Source of the DNA: a virus
Lineage: Duplodnaviria; Caudoviricetes
IMG/VR virus record: IMGVR_UViG_2873571580_000001
Direction: 5' to 3' (one strand)
Length of the DNA stretch: 64,000 nt
Below the pieces are notes generated by a model. That model searched no databases and was not told the origin of the DNA. It saw only the letters and a program-made list of their open reading frames with translations. Within the stretch, counting starts at the first letter, position 1. Every line of letters begins with the position of its first letter. Below are positions 28,288-36,883 of this stretch, piece by piece. Made by a program: the position numbers and the translations under genes.

Positions 28288-28303
28288 TGACAGGCTTGGT
28301 ACG
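28288..28303 (-). promoter_or_regulatory. Late promoter/operator motif copy 8
   Basis: CGTACCAAGCCTGTCA-TGTT. Confidence 0.75.
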
Positions 28304-28684
28304 GAATCAATCGCTCAATATACGCACAAAGCTTTCCGCGAAAACCAATGCTTCGTGACGAGGGAGCTGACCGCTGACGAATGGGCGAAGCCCCTCGCCA
28401 AGCAGGTTTGCATGTGTCGAAATCCGCCCTGCCCCTGCATCAATTCAATGAGCAGGTCCGAAATTTCAATAACGCCTTTTGGGTCCATGTCATTCCTAGA
28501 AGTGCCATTCGCATGGGGGCATCCTTGTAGTTGCCGCATAACGTCATCAGACTTGGTGCGGTCAAAAAGAAAATTTGCTTAGAGTCAATCGCTGCTGACA
28601 TTTTTTTGCAAATACTCTCTTTGATCAACAAGAGATATCAGTTACCGTTTGTAGTTAGTTCTATTCAATTGTGATTGAAAAAAA

Positions 28685-30802
28685 ATGATGCCAAACCGAT
28701 TTTCGATCTGCCTGCTTGGTGCCTTGATTCCGTTGGGCGCAAATGCTGCTGCCGGAGCCCCACTGCCTCGCTGCTCAGTTGACTCCCAGTCGTACTATCT
28801 GATGCGCTATACAGAAGTGGGAACTTCTGCCACCAATCTACGCACTCCGACTACCAGTTTAGATTTGGCAGTTGTGCCAGCCAGCGGTTCCGTCACTCTT
28901 ACAAACATCTGGAATGCACAAGCTGCACCAACTCCCTCTCAGTGGGACGGCTCCCCGACTGCGGGCGCGACCGTCGCTGGGGGCATGGGTAAAGACGGCT
29001 ACATCTATGCGATGAGAGCTGTGGGAGCATGGGAGCCGGGCTGGACCAACCCAAACTGGCAAACGCACACGCGTCGCTACGAGATGCTTCGGTTTGGCCG
29101 CAGCGGCGTGGACAATCTCGGTATCGTGAGCGGTTTGGGGCCTTACCGGAATGATGCAAACGTCACGGTGAGTGGAGCGGTGGATCTTCGACTTGGGCCC
29201 AACATGAACGCGGCAGACATCGATCCGGTAAGCGGAATCATGTATGTGGCGTCTTTCCAGTCCAGCGGATTGTTGGACAAAATCTTCAAGATCGATGTCA
29301 CACAGACACCCCCGCAGTACGTAGGGACCCTTGCGCTTACCCAAAGCATTCCAGGAGCTCAATCAGGAGACTTTGCCATAGATGCAGCAGGTCAGTATGC
29401 CTACGGAGTGGCCAAGGCTGCAGGAACCTTCGGCAACTCCACAAGCTATCGCATCAATTTGACTACAGGCGTAGTCGAATCATTGGCAACTGGTCTTGGA
29501 ATTATCCCTTACGGTGCTGCGGCACGATTGCCAAACAATTCCGCCAAGATGGCTTTCTATGGCCTAAGTACGCAAATCATGACTCTGCCCACAGGGACTC
29601 TGGGCACCAGTCAATCCACTCCAACCTCAACCAGCTCAGATGGAGCCGCGTGTCTACCGAAGTTCAAGACTACCTTGCAATGCGTTCCACTTACACTGGT
29701 CGATGCCGACAACAACGTCGCCACCTGCACCATCGCTCTCGATCAGCCAGCGCCAATTGGTGGTATTGCCATCGCGCTGACACCTCCAGTAACTGATACA
29801 CGGTACACGACAACCTGCGCATCATCTGTCACGATCCCTGCCAACACGACCACCGCTCAATGCACCATAGCCGCTACAGCTAACACCACCCCAGGGGATG
29901 GAGATGTAACGGCAACAGTATCACTGACCACACCCGCGGCGACTGACGACTACGAGCTGAGCACGCCATCGAGTGCCAGTATCCTGATCAAGAACGACGA
30001 CCTACCTACCGTCAACCTGACATGTACGCCCAATACGTTGACGGACTCCCCCGGTCAGGTATCAACATGCACTGTCACCTCAAATGTGCCCGCGTCCGTT
30101 GGAGGAATGACAATCGCCTTGGTGCCTCCTGTTGCAAATCCTCGCTACATTAGTACCTGTGGTGCGAACATCTCCTTGGCGGAAGGCGAAAGCAGCAATA
30201 CCTGCACCATCACGGCGAATCCAAATACCACTCCGGGTGACGGCGACGTTGCCTCATCGTTGGCATTAGCAATACCACAACCAGGTTCAGGCTACCAGAT
30301 AGGCACACCGTCCCAAGCCACAGTATTCGTCAGAGATGACGATGTCGCGGCCGCCACGCCGGAAGCAACACTGTCCTGCACACCGACGACACTGGTCGAC
30401 GCCGAAAATCAGGTATCCATTTGTACCGTCAGCCTGAGCACTCCCGCTCCAGCAGGAGGACTTGGTATCAATATCATTCCACCAGCGACCAATGGTCGCT
30501 ACAGCACAACTTGTGCATCGCCCCTCTCCGTTTCAGCAAGCGCTAGCACTGCTACTTGCGCTATCGCAGCCACGCCCAATACAGTTGCTGGCGATGGTAG
30601 CGCCTCAGCCCTTGTCCAACTGATACCCGGAACCGGCTATGGAGTGGGTAATCAAGCGCAGGCGACGGTCAATATCAACGATGATGACCAAACAATGACT
30701 GTTGCACCTGTTCCCACTTTGGGTCAGTGGGCCATGATGATCCTGTCGATTCTTGTCGCGTCGATTGGCGTTGGATTGTCACGCAGGCAGTTGCGCAAAT
30801 AG
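28685..30802 (+). CDS. Moron: secreted surface protein with beta-propeller-like N-domain, three Cys-containing Ig-like repeats and IPTL-CTERM
   Basis: Signal peptide; NAADIDP...GDFAIDAAG blades; same C-terminus as 23905-26013. Confidence 0.85.
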   Translation: MMPNRFSICLLGALIPLGANAAAGAPLPRCSVDSQSYYLMRYTEVGTSATNLRTPTTSLDLAVVPASGSVTLTNIWNAQAAPTPSQWDGSPTAGATVAGGMGKDGYIYAMRAVGAWEPGWTNPNWQTHTRRYEMLRFGRSGVDNLGIVSGLGPYRNDANVTVSGAVDLRLGPNMNAADIDPVSGIMYVASFQSSGLLDKIFKIDVTQTPPQYVGTLALTQSIPGAQSGDFAIDAAGQYAYGVAKAAGTFGNSTSYRINLTTGVVESLATGLGIIPYGAAARLPNNSAKMAFYGLSTQIMTLPTGTLGTSQSTPTSTSSDGAACLPKFKTTLQCVPLTLVDADNNVATCTIALDQPAPIGGIAIALTPPVTDTRYTTTCASSVTIPANTTTAQCTIAATANTTPGDGDVTATVSLTTPAATDDYELSTPSSASILIKNDDLPTVNLTCTPNTLTDSPGQVSTCTVTSNVPASVGGMTIALVPPVANPRYISTCGANISLAEGESSNTCTITANPNTTPGDGDVASSLALAIPQPGSGYQIGTPSQATVFVRDDDVAAATPEATLSCTPTTLVDAENQVSICTVSLSTPAPAGGLGINIIPPATNGRYSTTCASPLSVSASASTATCAIAATPNTVAGDGSASALVQLIPGTGYGVGNQAQATVNINDDDQTMTVAPVPTLGQWAMMILSILVASIGVGLSRRQLRK

Positions 30803-30904
30803 GTATTTCCCGCAAAAACTACTGAGCCACCTCCGGGTGGCTCTTTACGTTTTGGTAGGTTGCTTCAGTAGCGTTTCGGACAGTTCCTATCGAGCCACGC
30901 TGGA
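30311..30904 (+). repeat. 594-bp near-identical direct repeat, copy 2
   Basis: Matches 25522-26115. Confidence 0.9.
30824..30843. terminator. Stem-loop, duplicate of 26035-26054
   Basis: GAGCCACC-TCCG-GGTGGCTC. Confidence 0.7.
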
Positions 30905-31040
30905 CCCTCTCCTCCGAATCTTGCCTCCCCCACCCCGCACGCCAATGATCCCCGCATCCTTGGCCTGCGCCTACTAACGGATGGCATCAGCCCCTTCTGA
31001 GCAGCTTTTGCCAACTACATCAACAAGTGCTGATCACTTC

Positions 31041-31364
31041 TTAAATTGCTACTCCTATCGAATACCGCATCACTGGCTTGCGCCCCGGCAAGCTGCTCAT
31101 CTCCGAGTCAATCAACTCCAGTCGCGCCAAGTACTGCAGCGCCCAATCCACCTCGCCCTTCGACCTCCCCAGCGTCAGCACCAGCTCGGGGTGAAAGAAC
31201 CAGCGGCCGGGGTGCGCGCGCAGAAAGCGCAGCAGCACATCGGATCCGCTTCCCGGCTGGATCACTCCCGGCGGCCGTGGGTTTGCTGGTCGTGGCCTCT
31301 CCTCGACACCACGGGTGCTCATCTGCTCGGCCATCCAGTTCATTGGGTCATTCATTGCTGTCAT
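31041..31364 (-). CDS. Winged-helix-like DNA-binding protein; candidate late regulator
   Basis: VLLRFLRAHPG.WF...ELVLTLGRSKGEVDWALQYL.RLELI pattern; last gene before the terminase block. Confidence 0.55.
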   Translation of the reverse strand: MTAMNDPMNWMAEQMSTRGVEERPRPANPRPPGVIQPGSGSDVLLRFLRAHPGRWFFHPELVLTLGRSKGEVDWALQYLARLELIDSEMSSLPGRKPVMRYSIGVAI

Positions 31365-31794
31365 GTGGATATGGCAGGTTTGCAGGCCACTGGCCCATTG
31401 CTTTGATTTTTCGTTGCGTGTCGGCGGCCCACACCGATTCCAACTCGCGGCGAACAGCCTTCGGACACAGCGCTCCCTGATCCAGCCGTGCATGGCAGCC
31501 CTGAATGCCGGGCCGATCGCAACAGGCCGGAAACAACGTCAGGTCACACGCCTTCATCCCCATACCCTTTCCGGTGTTGGCGTGCGCCGCCTGGCTGAAT
31601 CCGGGCACGCCGCAAATCACACACGGCAATCCAGCCACCGCCCGTCGATACGCCTCGCTGCGAACTGGCGTGAGCTTCGGTGCGGCGCTCACTTGGTCGG
31701 CAATGACGGCGTACATCACCTGCACGGCCAGCGGCTTGTGCACGATCGGCGCGCGCTCGGGGCGTTTTGGGCGCTTGAATCCAGAACGCTTCAT
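31348..31794 (-). CDS. Nin-region Cys/His protein (DUF968/NinG-like)
   Basis: RSEAYRRAVAGLPCVICG...QAAHAN.GKGMGMKACD...PAC...GCH. Confidence 0.7.
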   Translation of the reverse strand: MKRSGFKRPKRPERAPIVHKPLAVQVMYAVIADQVSAAPKLTPVRSEAYRRAVAGLPCVICGVPGFSQAAHANTGKGMGMKACDLTLFPACCDRPGIQGCHARLDQGALCPKAVRRELESVWAADTQRKIKAMGQWPANLPYPHDSNE

Positions 31795-32312
31795 TCGTTG
31801 AAGCCTCCCAGAATCGACTCGATCATCTCGATGCGCGCGACCGGCGTCAGGTGCTTCCACAGCGTGCGGGCGGCATGCTCGGTGCGCAGGAAATTGACCA
31901 CGTCACCATGGAATTGCTCCATCGCGCCCTGCTCCAACTTGCTGTAGCTGATCGAGCGCGGAACGGGAATCACGCCGCCCTTCGGCCCCGGATACCAATC
32001 AACGAACGATGCGCCCACCTTGAGCCACGCACGGAAACTCTCGAAGTCCTCGAAGCGCTCTTGCGCCTCATAGACTACTTGCTCCAGCGCCATGTGCTTG
32101 CGGTGATACCAGCCAAGACGCGGCTGCACGGTCGAGATCTCCATCATCTCGCCCGGCTCCAGGCCCATGATGCGATTCCAGAGTCGGCGCCACTGGCGGC
32201 GGCCCTGCTCGCCCAGTCCATCGATGATCCCGAAGACCACCCGGCGCGCGGCGTCCTTGTCGGCTTCGGTGGCCTGCATGTCTTCTTGGCGAACCAGAAT
32301 GATTTCAGGCAT
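31791..32312 (-). CDS. DUF1367-like phage protein
   Basis: HRKHMAL...FESFRAWLKVGA...PRSISYSKL. Confidence 0.7.
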   Translation of the reverse strand: MPEIILVRQEDMQATEADKDAARRVVFGIIDGLGEQGRRQWRRLWNRIMGLEPGEMMEISTVQPRLGWYHRKHMALEQVVYEAQERFEDFESFRAWLKVGASFVDWYPGPKGGVIPVPRSISYSKLEQGAMEQFHGDVVNFLRTEHAARTLWKHLTPVARIEMIESILGGFNE

Positions 32313-32661
32313 GCGACACCTCCACGCGCACAAACCCGCCGATCTCGTCGGCGCGAACGATCGACAGCGACCAATGCTTGTCGTCCACGCCGAGCACATC
32401 AGCCAGACCATCGAGCCCCGACTTCATCCGCGCCAGCGCGTTGTCGAGGTCAAACGCACGCCGGTTCGGCGGAACGAATGTGAGCGCCAGATGCAACTTG
32501 TCTGCCTCGATGCGGCGCGCGCCCTGCTCCTTCGCAGTCCAGCCACACGCGGCGCGGTAGGCCTTCTTGGCTTTGGCCACTGCGCGCCAGTGCAGACGCG
32601 CATTCGGCGAAAGCTCCTTCGGCGGCCATGGCAGAGTCAGTGTGAAAATTGGATTGCTCAT
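32305..32661 (-). CDS. rusA: RusA-like Holliday junction resolvase
   Basis: LTLPWPP.ELSPN...PPNRRAFDLDN...DGLAD. Confidence 0.8.
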   Translation of the reverse strand: MSNPIFTLTLPWPPKELSPNARLHWRAVAKAKKAYRAACGWTAKEQGARRIEADKLHLALTFVPPNRRAFDLDNALARMKSGLDGLADVLGVDDKHWSLSIVRADEIGGFVRVEVSHA

Positions 32662-33146
32662 AAGGCCACCACCTTGTCGCCCGCGCGCACCGCGCCGCGC
32701 AGAATCTCGCGCACGCGGCGCTCGGTCCGGCGGCAAGCCCCGATGAATTGGCGCTCCGTCAGCGCCTGTACTACAGTGCCGTAGTCCTCGAGCAAACCGC
32801 GCAGGATCTGCATGCCCTCGCCAGTCAGTCGCATGACACCAGTTTCGAGGTGGCGCACACCTGCATGGCCCATGGCGTTCTTCGCCGCAACAATCTGTCC
32901 ATCGTCGTCGGACACAATGCCCATCTCGACAAGGCTTTCCAGAATGTTCACGGCGTCCGACATGTCGCGCCAACCATCCACTTGCGGCACCGCGTCGCGC
33001 TCCATGGACATCAACCCTTCGTGCACCTTGATCAGGTGGTTGTTCAGACGGTGCTCAGGGACCGGATGCACGGAGCTCGCTTGGATCTCGTCCAGCAAAG
33101 TGAAATGAAAGAACTGCGCAGGCTTGCGCGTGCCGTGTTTTTTCAT
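32658..33146 (-). CDS. Hypothetical phage protein
   Basis: Overlap-coupled in the early-right operon. Confidence 0.65.
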   Translation of the reverse strand: MKKHGTRKPAQFFHFTLLDEIQASSVHPVPEHRLNNHLIKVHEGLMSMERDAVPQVDGWRDMSDAVNILESLVEMGIVSDDDGQIVAAKNAMGHAGVRHLETGVMRLTGEGMQILRGLLEDYGTVVQALTERQFIGACRRTERRVREILRGAVRAGDKVVAL

Positions 33147-33442
33147 GATGCATCTCGCTTTGCTCGAGCGAAGCGCCACTTACCAACGGCGTTGCGCTCA
33201 AGGTAGCCCTTCTTGGCCAAGATGCTGACGTGCTCGTTCGCAGTGTTCGCGGAGGTCCATCCGAAGTGACTCGAGATAGCCGACAGCGGAGGCAACTGAT
33301 CGTTTTCCGCAAGGAACTTCACCATGTGGTCGTACACCTGCTTTTGCACAGGCGACAGAGCGAGTGGGTAAGCCTTGGCAACTCTCTTCACTGGACGCAG
33401 TTTTGCCGCAATGGCGTTGGCTTCAGACATGTAGCTCTCCAT
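33143..33442 (-). CDS. LexA N-terminal-like DNA-binding protein lacking the peptidase domain
   Basis: LSPVQKQVYD...PPLSAISSHFGWTSANTANEHVSILAKKGYLER. Confidence 0.75.
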   Translation of the reverse strand: MESYMSEANAIAAKLRPVKRVAKAYPLALSPVQKQVYDHMVKFLAENDQLPPLSAISSHFGWTSANTANEHVSILAKKGYLERNAVGKWRFARAKRDAS

Positions 33443-34827
33443 CACAGCATCCCTCTTCCACGAACTGGCGTCGCAATCGGCGCAAGCGTCGGCGGTCCGC
33501 CCTCCCACTGCTCGAATGTCGTTGTTTCACCGCCATAGAACAGGTGCAGGTCGCCAATACGGCCTTGCCGATTCTTCGCAATGCGCATCAGGGCGTAGTT
33601 CGCCCAATCGGCGGAGAGCGACGGATTCGCCGCGATGGGCCGATGGATGAATGCCACCACGTCGGCGTCCTGCTCGATGGCACCAGAGTCGCGCAACTCA
33701 TGGAGGCCAGGAGGCTGCATCGCCTTCTCGGCAGCGCCCCGGTTGACCTGAGCAAGGCAGATCACCACGATGCCCAATTCCTTGGCCAACCCCTTGAGAC
33801 CTCGGCTGATCTCCTCGATCTGGTAGGCACGCGGCTGTTTGCGGTCCAGACCTTCCATCAAGCCGATGTAGTCAACGATCAACACGTCCAACCCCTTCGT
33901 GCGCTTGAGCTTGCGCGCCATGCTGCGCACCTGCTGGATGTTCAAGCCCGAGCGATCCGAGACAAACCAGCGCAGGCTTCGCGAGCGCTCGACCCCATCC
34001 GACACTCGGCTGTAGTCAAGACCCCGACCACGCCCGGGCCGCTTGATATCGCCAATGGAGACGCGCCCGAGAATGGCGGCCTGCCGATCCCGCACGTCGT
34101 TGTGCGGCATCTCCATCGACAACAGACCCACGCTGCAGTGCGTCGCCATGGACAGGCCAATATTCATTGCAAAAGCCGTCTTGCCCATGGCCGGGCGCGC
34201 GCCGATCACCACCAAGTTGCCACGCACAAGCCCACCGTCGAGCATCTCGTCGAAGTCGTTCAAGCCGGTTGACATGCCGGTAATGGCGCCCTCATGGCGT
34301 TGCTCGATCAGCTCGGTGTGCTGAATGGCGGCGGTATACGCATCCACCCATTCATCCTCACCGCCCTGCACCTCGAGCGCCTGCACAACGGACTGAGCCT
34401 GATCGATGCGATCAGACACAGGGCCGTCGCCGTGCGCAAGCTCGGCCAGCTTGGAACTGGCAGCGAACAGCGAACGTGACCGGGACATGTCGACCAGCTT
34501 GTCGACGAAGAACGGGAGTCCTTGAACGCCATGATCGTGACTTGTCGTGACATCATGGACATATTTAGGGTCCACCTGCCCCTGCAACGCCTGCATCATG
34601 CTCACGGCATCACAGCCGCGGCCCGATGAAATCTGCGCCACGGCTGTAGAGAACATCAGCTTGTTCTCCGGCACAGAGAAGCAGTCGGCTTGCAGGCGAG
34701 CACCCACACGATCCAGCGTGTCCGGAAAGCCGATAAGGATCGAGAGCACGGCAGCTTCGCAAGCTGGCGCTGTGAGCGAGGATGCTTCGGGCGCATATGC
34801 ACCGAGCGGGTAGTCGTTCAGGTTCAT
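33442..34827 (-). CDS. dnaB: DnaB-like replicative helicase
   Basis: GARPAMGKT, SMEM, IVDYIGLM, LAQVNR, LRDSGAIEQDAD, IAKNRQG. Confidence 0.95.
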   Translation of the reverse strand: MNLNDYPLGAYAPEASSLTAPACEAAVLSILIGFPDTLDRVGARLQADCFSVPENKLMFSTAVAQISSGRGCDAVSMMQALQGQVDPKYVHDVTTSHDHGVQGLPFFVDKLVDMSRSRSLFAASSKLAELAHGDGPVSDRIDQAQSVVQALEVQGGEDEWVDAYTAAIQHTELIEQRHEGAITGMSTGLNDFDEMLDGGLVRGNLVVIGARPAMGKTAFAMNIGLSMATHCSVGLLSMEMPHNDVRDRQAAILGRVSIGDIKRPGRGRGLDYSRVSDGVERSRSLRWFVSDRSGLNIQQVRSMARKLKRTKGLDVLIVDYIGLMEGLDRKQPRAYQIEEISRGLKGLAKELGIVVICLAQVNRGAAEKAMQPPGLHELRDSGAIEQDADVVAFIHRPIAANPSLSADWANYALMRIAKNRQGRIGDLHLFYGGETTTFEQWEGGPPTLAPIATPVRGRGML

Positions 34828-35657
34828 GCAGCCTCCGGTTGTTTGCGCGTGTCGTAATTGCCCGCCATCACCTTGGCGAAGTTGTCTGCGTTGGAAAGCC
34901 ACGCCAGATCAGCCGTCCAGCCCCGGTCGTTCTCGCCGACGAGGTGCGGACAGGTGGCAACGAACGCGAAATAGCGGGCGAAAAAATTGAGCGCTGTCAC
35001 CTTGTCGCTGGCGTAGCGGTCGCCGTTGCGTCGCTTGGCCGTCAGCACCCAACGCCAGCGGGAAGCGAGGTTTTTTGCGCGCTGGCCGTCCCACAGCTCA
35101 GGCTTGGGTTGTGGCAGGCTGGGCAGATGCTTGCCAAAAAGATCGATCAGCTCGATGTGTGGGCAGTTCGGCAGCTTTGCTGTCGACAAAGAAGCTTTAG
35201 CTTCTTCATCTTCTTTATCTGTATCTTTATCTGTCGTGACATCGCGTGACGCGTCGTGACCAGCAAAGAAATCACCAGATTCAGCAGCAAGCTTTTCACG
35301 CTCGCGCTGCTCCTTTTTCCTTTGTGCAGAAGACTTTGCGCCTGATTCTGCGTCTCCGGAATCCTCGCGCTTAGGCTGACGCTTATCCCATCCGGAGATA
35401 GTCGATCCATCCATCACGCGACCCTGCATCGCATCCAGAATTGCCTGAATCTGTGACTCGTCACAATCGAGCGCACTTGCCAAATCTTCCACCGTGACTT
35501 CAACGTGACCACGCGTGACATTGCGTGACGCGTCAACAAGGATGTGAAGGTACACAGCTTGCACGAGACTGATGTGCTGCTTTGCGTGACGTGCAATCGT
35601 CCGCCACTTGGGATCTGTCGGCATGTCGTGCCAGAGTCGGAGCCATTGGTTCGCCAT
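34824..35657 (-). CDS. Phage replication initiation protein
   Basis: WLRLWHDMPTDPKWRTIAR N-domain; WTADLAWL C-domain; precedes helicase. Confidence 0.8.
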   Translation of the reverse strand: MANQWLRLWHDMPTDPKWRTIARHAKQHISLVQAVYLHILVDASRNVTRGHVEVTVEDLASALDCDESQIQAILDAMQGRVMDGSTISGWDKRQPKREDSGDAESGAKSSAQRKKEQREREKLAAESGDFFAGHDASRDVTTDKDTDKEDEEAKASLSTAKLPNCPHIELIDLFGKHLPSLPQPKPELWDGQRAKNLASRWRWVLTAKRRNGDRYASDKVTALNFFARYFAFVATCPHLVGENDRGWTADLAWLSNADNFAKVMAGNYDTRKQPEAA

Positions 35658-35658
35658 G

Positions 35659-35714
35659 TCAGATCCCCAGACGCTCAGCGATCTCTCGCACCGCGGCTGC
35701 GTACTGCTCTTCTG
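35659..35714 (-). pseudogene. 3' remnant of a phage gene cut off by IS3
   Basis: ...EEQYAAAVREIAERLGI* ends just before the rep start. Confidence 0.55.
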
Positions 35715-35886
35715 TGAATCGCCCCGGGTTTTCTAGACACCTCTGAGCCTCAAATCTAAGGCCCAATAGGAGGTGCTATGAGTAACCAAAGATATCCCCA
35801 AGAATTCAAGACCGAAGCAGTCAAGCAGATCACTGAGCGCGGCCATAAGGTGGCCGATGTTTCAGCCCGACTAGGGCCTGTTCACG

Positions 35887-36267
35887 TTACCGAAGCAACT
35901 CAAAGATCAAAGCCAGCGAGACAAACGCGGCATACATTGCATCCAACTTGTCGTAGCGGGTAAAAACTCGCCGATAGGCCTTGATCCGCCGAAATAACCG
36001 TTCAACTTCATTGCGTTGGCGATATTTTTGCTTATCTAGTGGCGAGGGATTCTTGCGTCGTGGATGCGCAGGGACAACCGGGATAAGGTTTCGATCCTCA
36101 GCTGCTGCACGCAAGTCATCGCTGTCATAGGCGCTATCCATGAGCAAATACACAGCTGAATCTTGCGCGTCAATCGCCTCGACGAGTTTGCGGCCTTCCG
36201 GGCTGTCTCCGGCTTGTCCGGGCGTCAAACTCCAGATCAATGCATCCTTGCAACTGGCTGCGACCAT
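35887..36267 (-). CDS. IS5 transposase, C-terminal frame
   Basis: LLMDSAYDSD...YRQRNEVERLFRRIKAYRRVFTRYDK. Confidence 0.9.
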   Translation of the reverse strand: MVAASCKDALIWSLTPGQAGDSPEGRKLVEAIDAQDSAVYLLMDSAYDSDDLRAAAEDRNLIPVVPAHPRRKNPSPLDKQKYRQRNEVERLFRRIKAYRRVFTRYDKLDAMYAAFVSLALIFELLR

Positions 36268-36302
36268 GTGAATCTTGCAGCTCCATCCACCTCGACTCTT
36301 GC

Positions 36303-36674
36303 CTATGGCTTGTGGTCCGTTTTTTTCTGAGCCCCGCAGCCATCAGGGTGAACTTTGACGATGGTGGAGTCCAGGCTCAACGCTTGAACAGCCCACTGGC
36401 TAAGTGCCTGTTGCTGCAGATGGTTAAGAACTTCGGCAAGTACGCCGCTATGGGCCCAGCGATACAGCCGCATGTACACGGTGTGCCAGGGCCCGAATCT
36501 GCGTGGCAAAGCTCGCCATTTGCACCCGTTGCTGGCCATGTAGGCCAAAGCATTAAGGAACCTGTAGTGGCTGATCAACTTGCTGCCGCGAGGCTTGGGC
36601 AGCAGGTGACGGATACGTTTGAACTGAGAGCGGGTGATGTGCATGCAGGCCAGCGATTCTCGCTGCTCTGACAT
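36303..36674 (-). CDS. IS5 transposase, N-terminal frame
   Basis: GCKWRALPRRFGPWHTVYMRLYRW...LDSTIVKVH; A7 run near end suggests frameshift fusion. Confidence 0.9.
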   Translation of the reverse strand: MSEQRESLACMHITRSQFKRIRHLLPKPRGSKLISHYRFLNALAYMASNGCKWRALPRRFGPWHTVYMRLYRWAHSGVLAEVLNHLQQQALSQWAVQALSLDSTIVKVHPDGCGAQKKTDHKP

Positions 36675-36883
36675 GCACTCAACTATTTAGGTGAACAGGC
36701 CATAGGCGTAAGTCAGCACAGCCTTTATCAATGGATCAAGGCTCAAGGAACGCCTGCCCATGATCGGCCGGCACAGGTGTCACAAACCGAGGAGTTGCGA
36801 CGACTGAAGGCTGAACTCAAGCGAGTCACAGAGGAGCGCGACATCCTAAAAAAGGCCGCAGCGTACTTTGCCAAGCAGTCCGG

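Larger units (their letters stand above)
35874..36702 (-). mobile_element. IS5-family (IS427-like) element, 829 bp, TA target duplication
   Basis: IRs GGCCTGTTCAC / GTGAACAGGCC; TA at 35872-73 and 36703-04; two ORFs. Confidence 0.9.

Noticed and set aside
31372-31387. TGGCAGGTTTG, partial match to the late motif
   Set aside because: Lacks the CGT end and the invariant T of CAnnnT; inside coding sequence
343-35714. Past inversion between the two IS3 copies
   Set aside because: Flanks (GGC at 343, CTG at 35712, ATT at 37778) do not show swapped target duplications, and gene orientation relative to int is the normal lambdoid one
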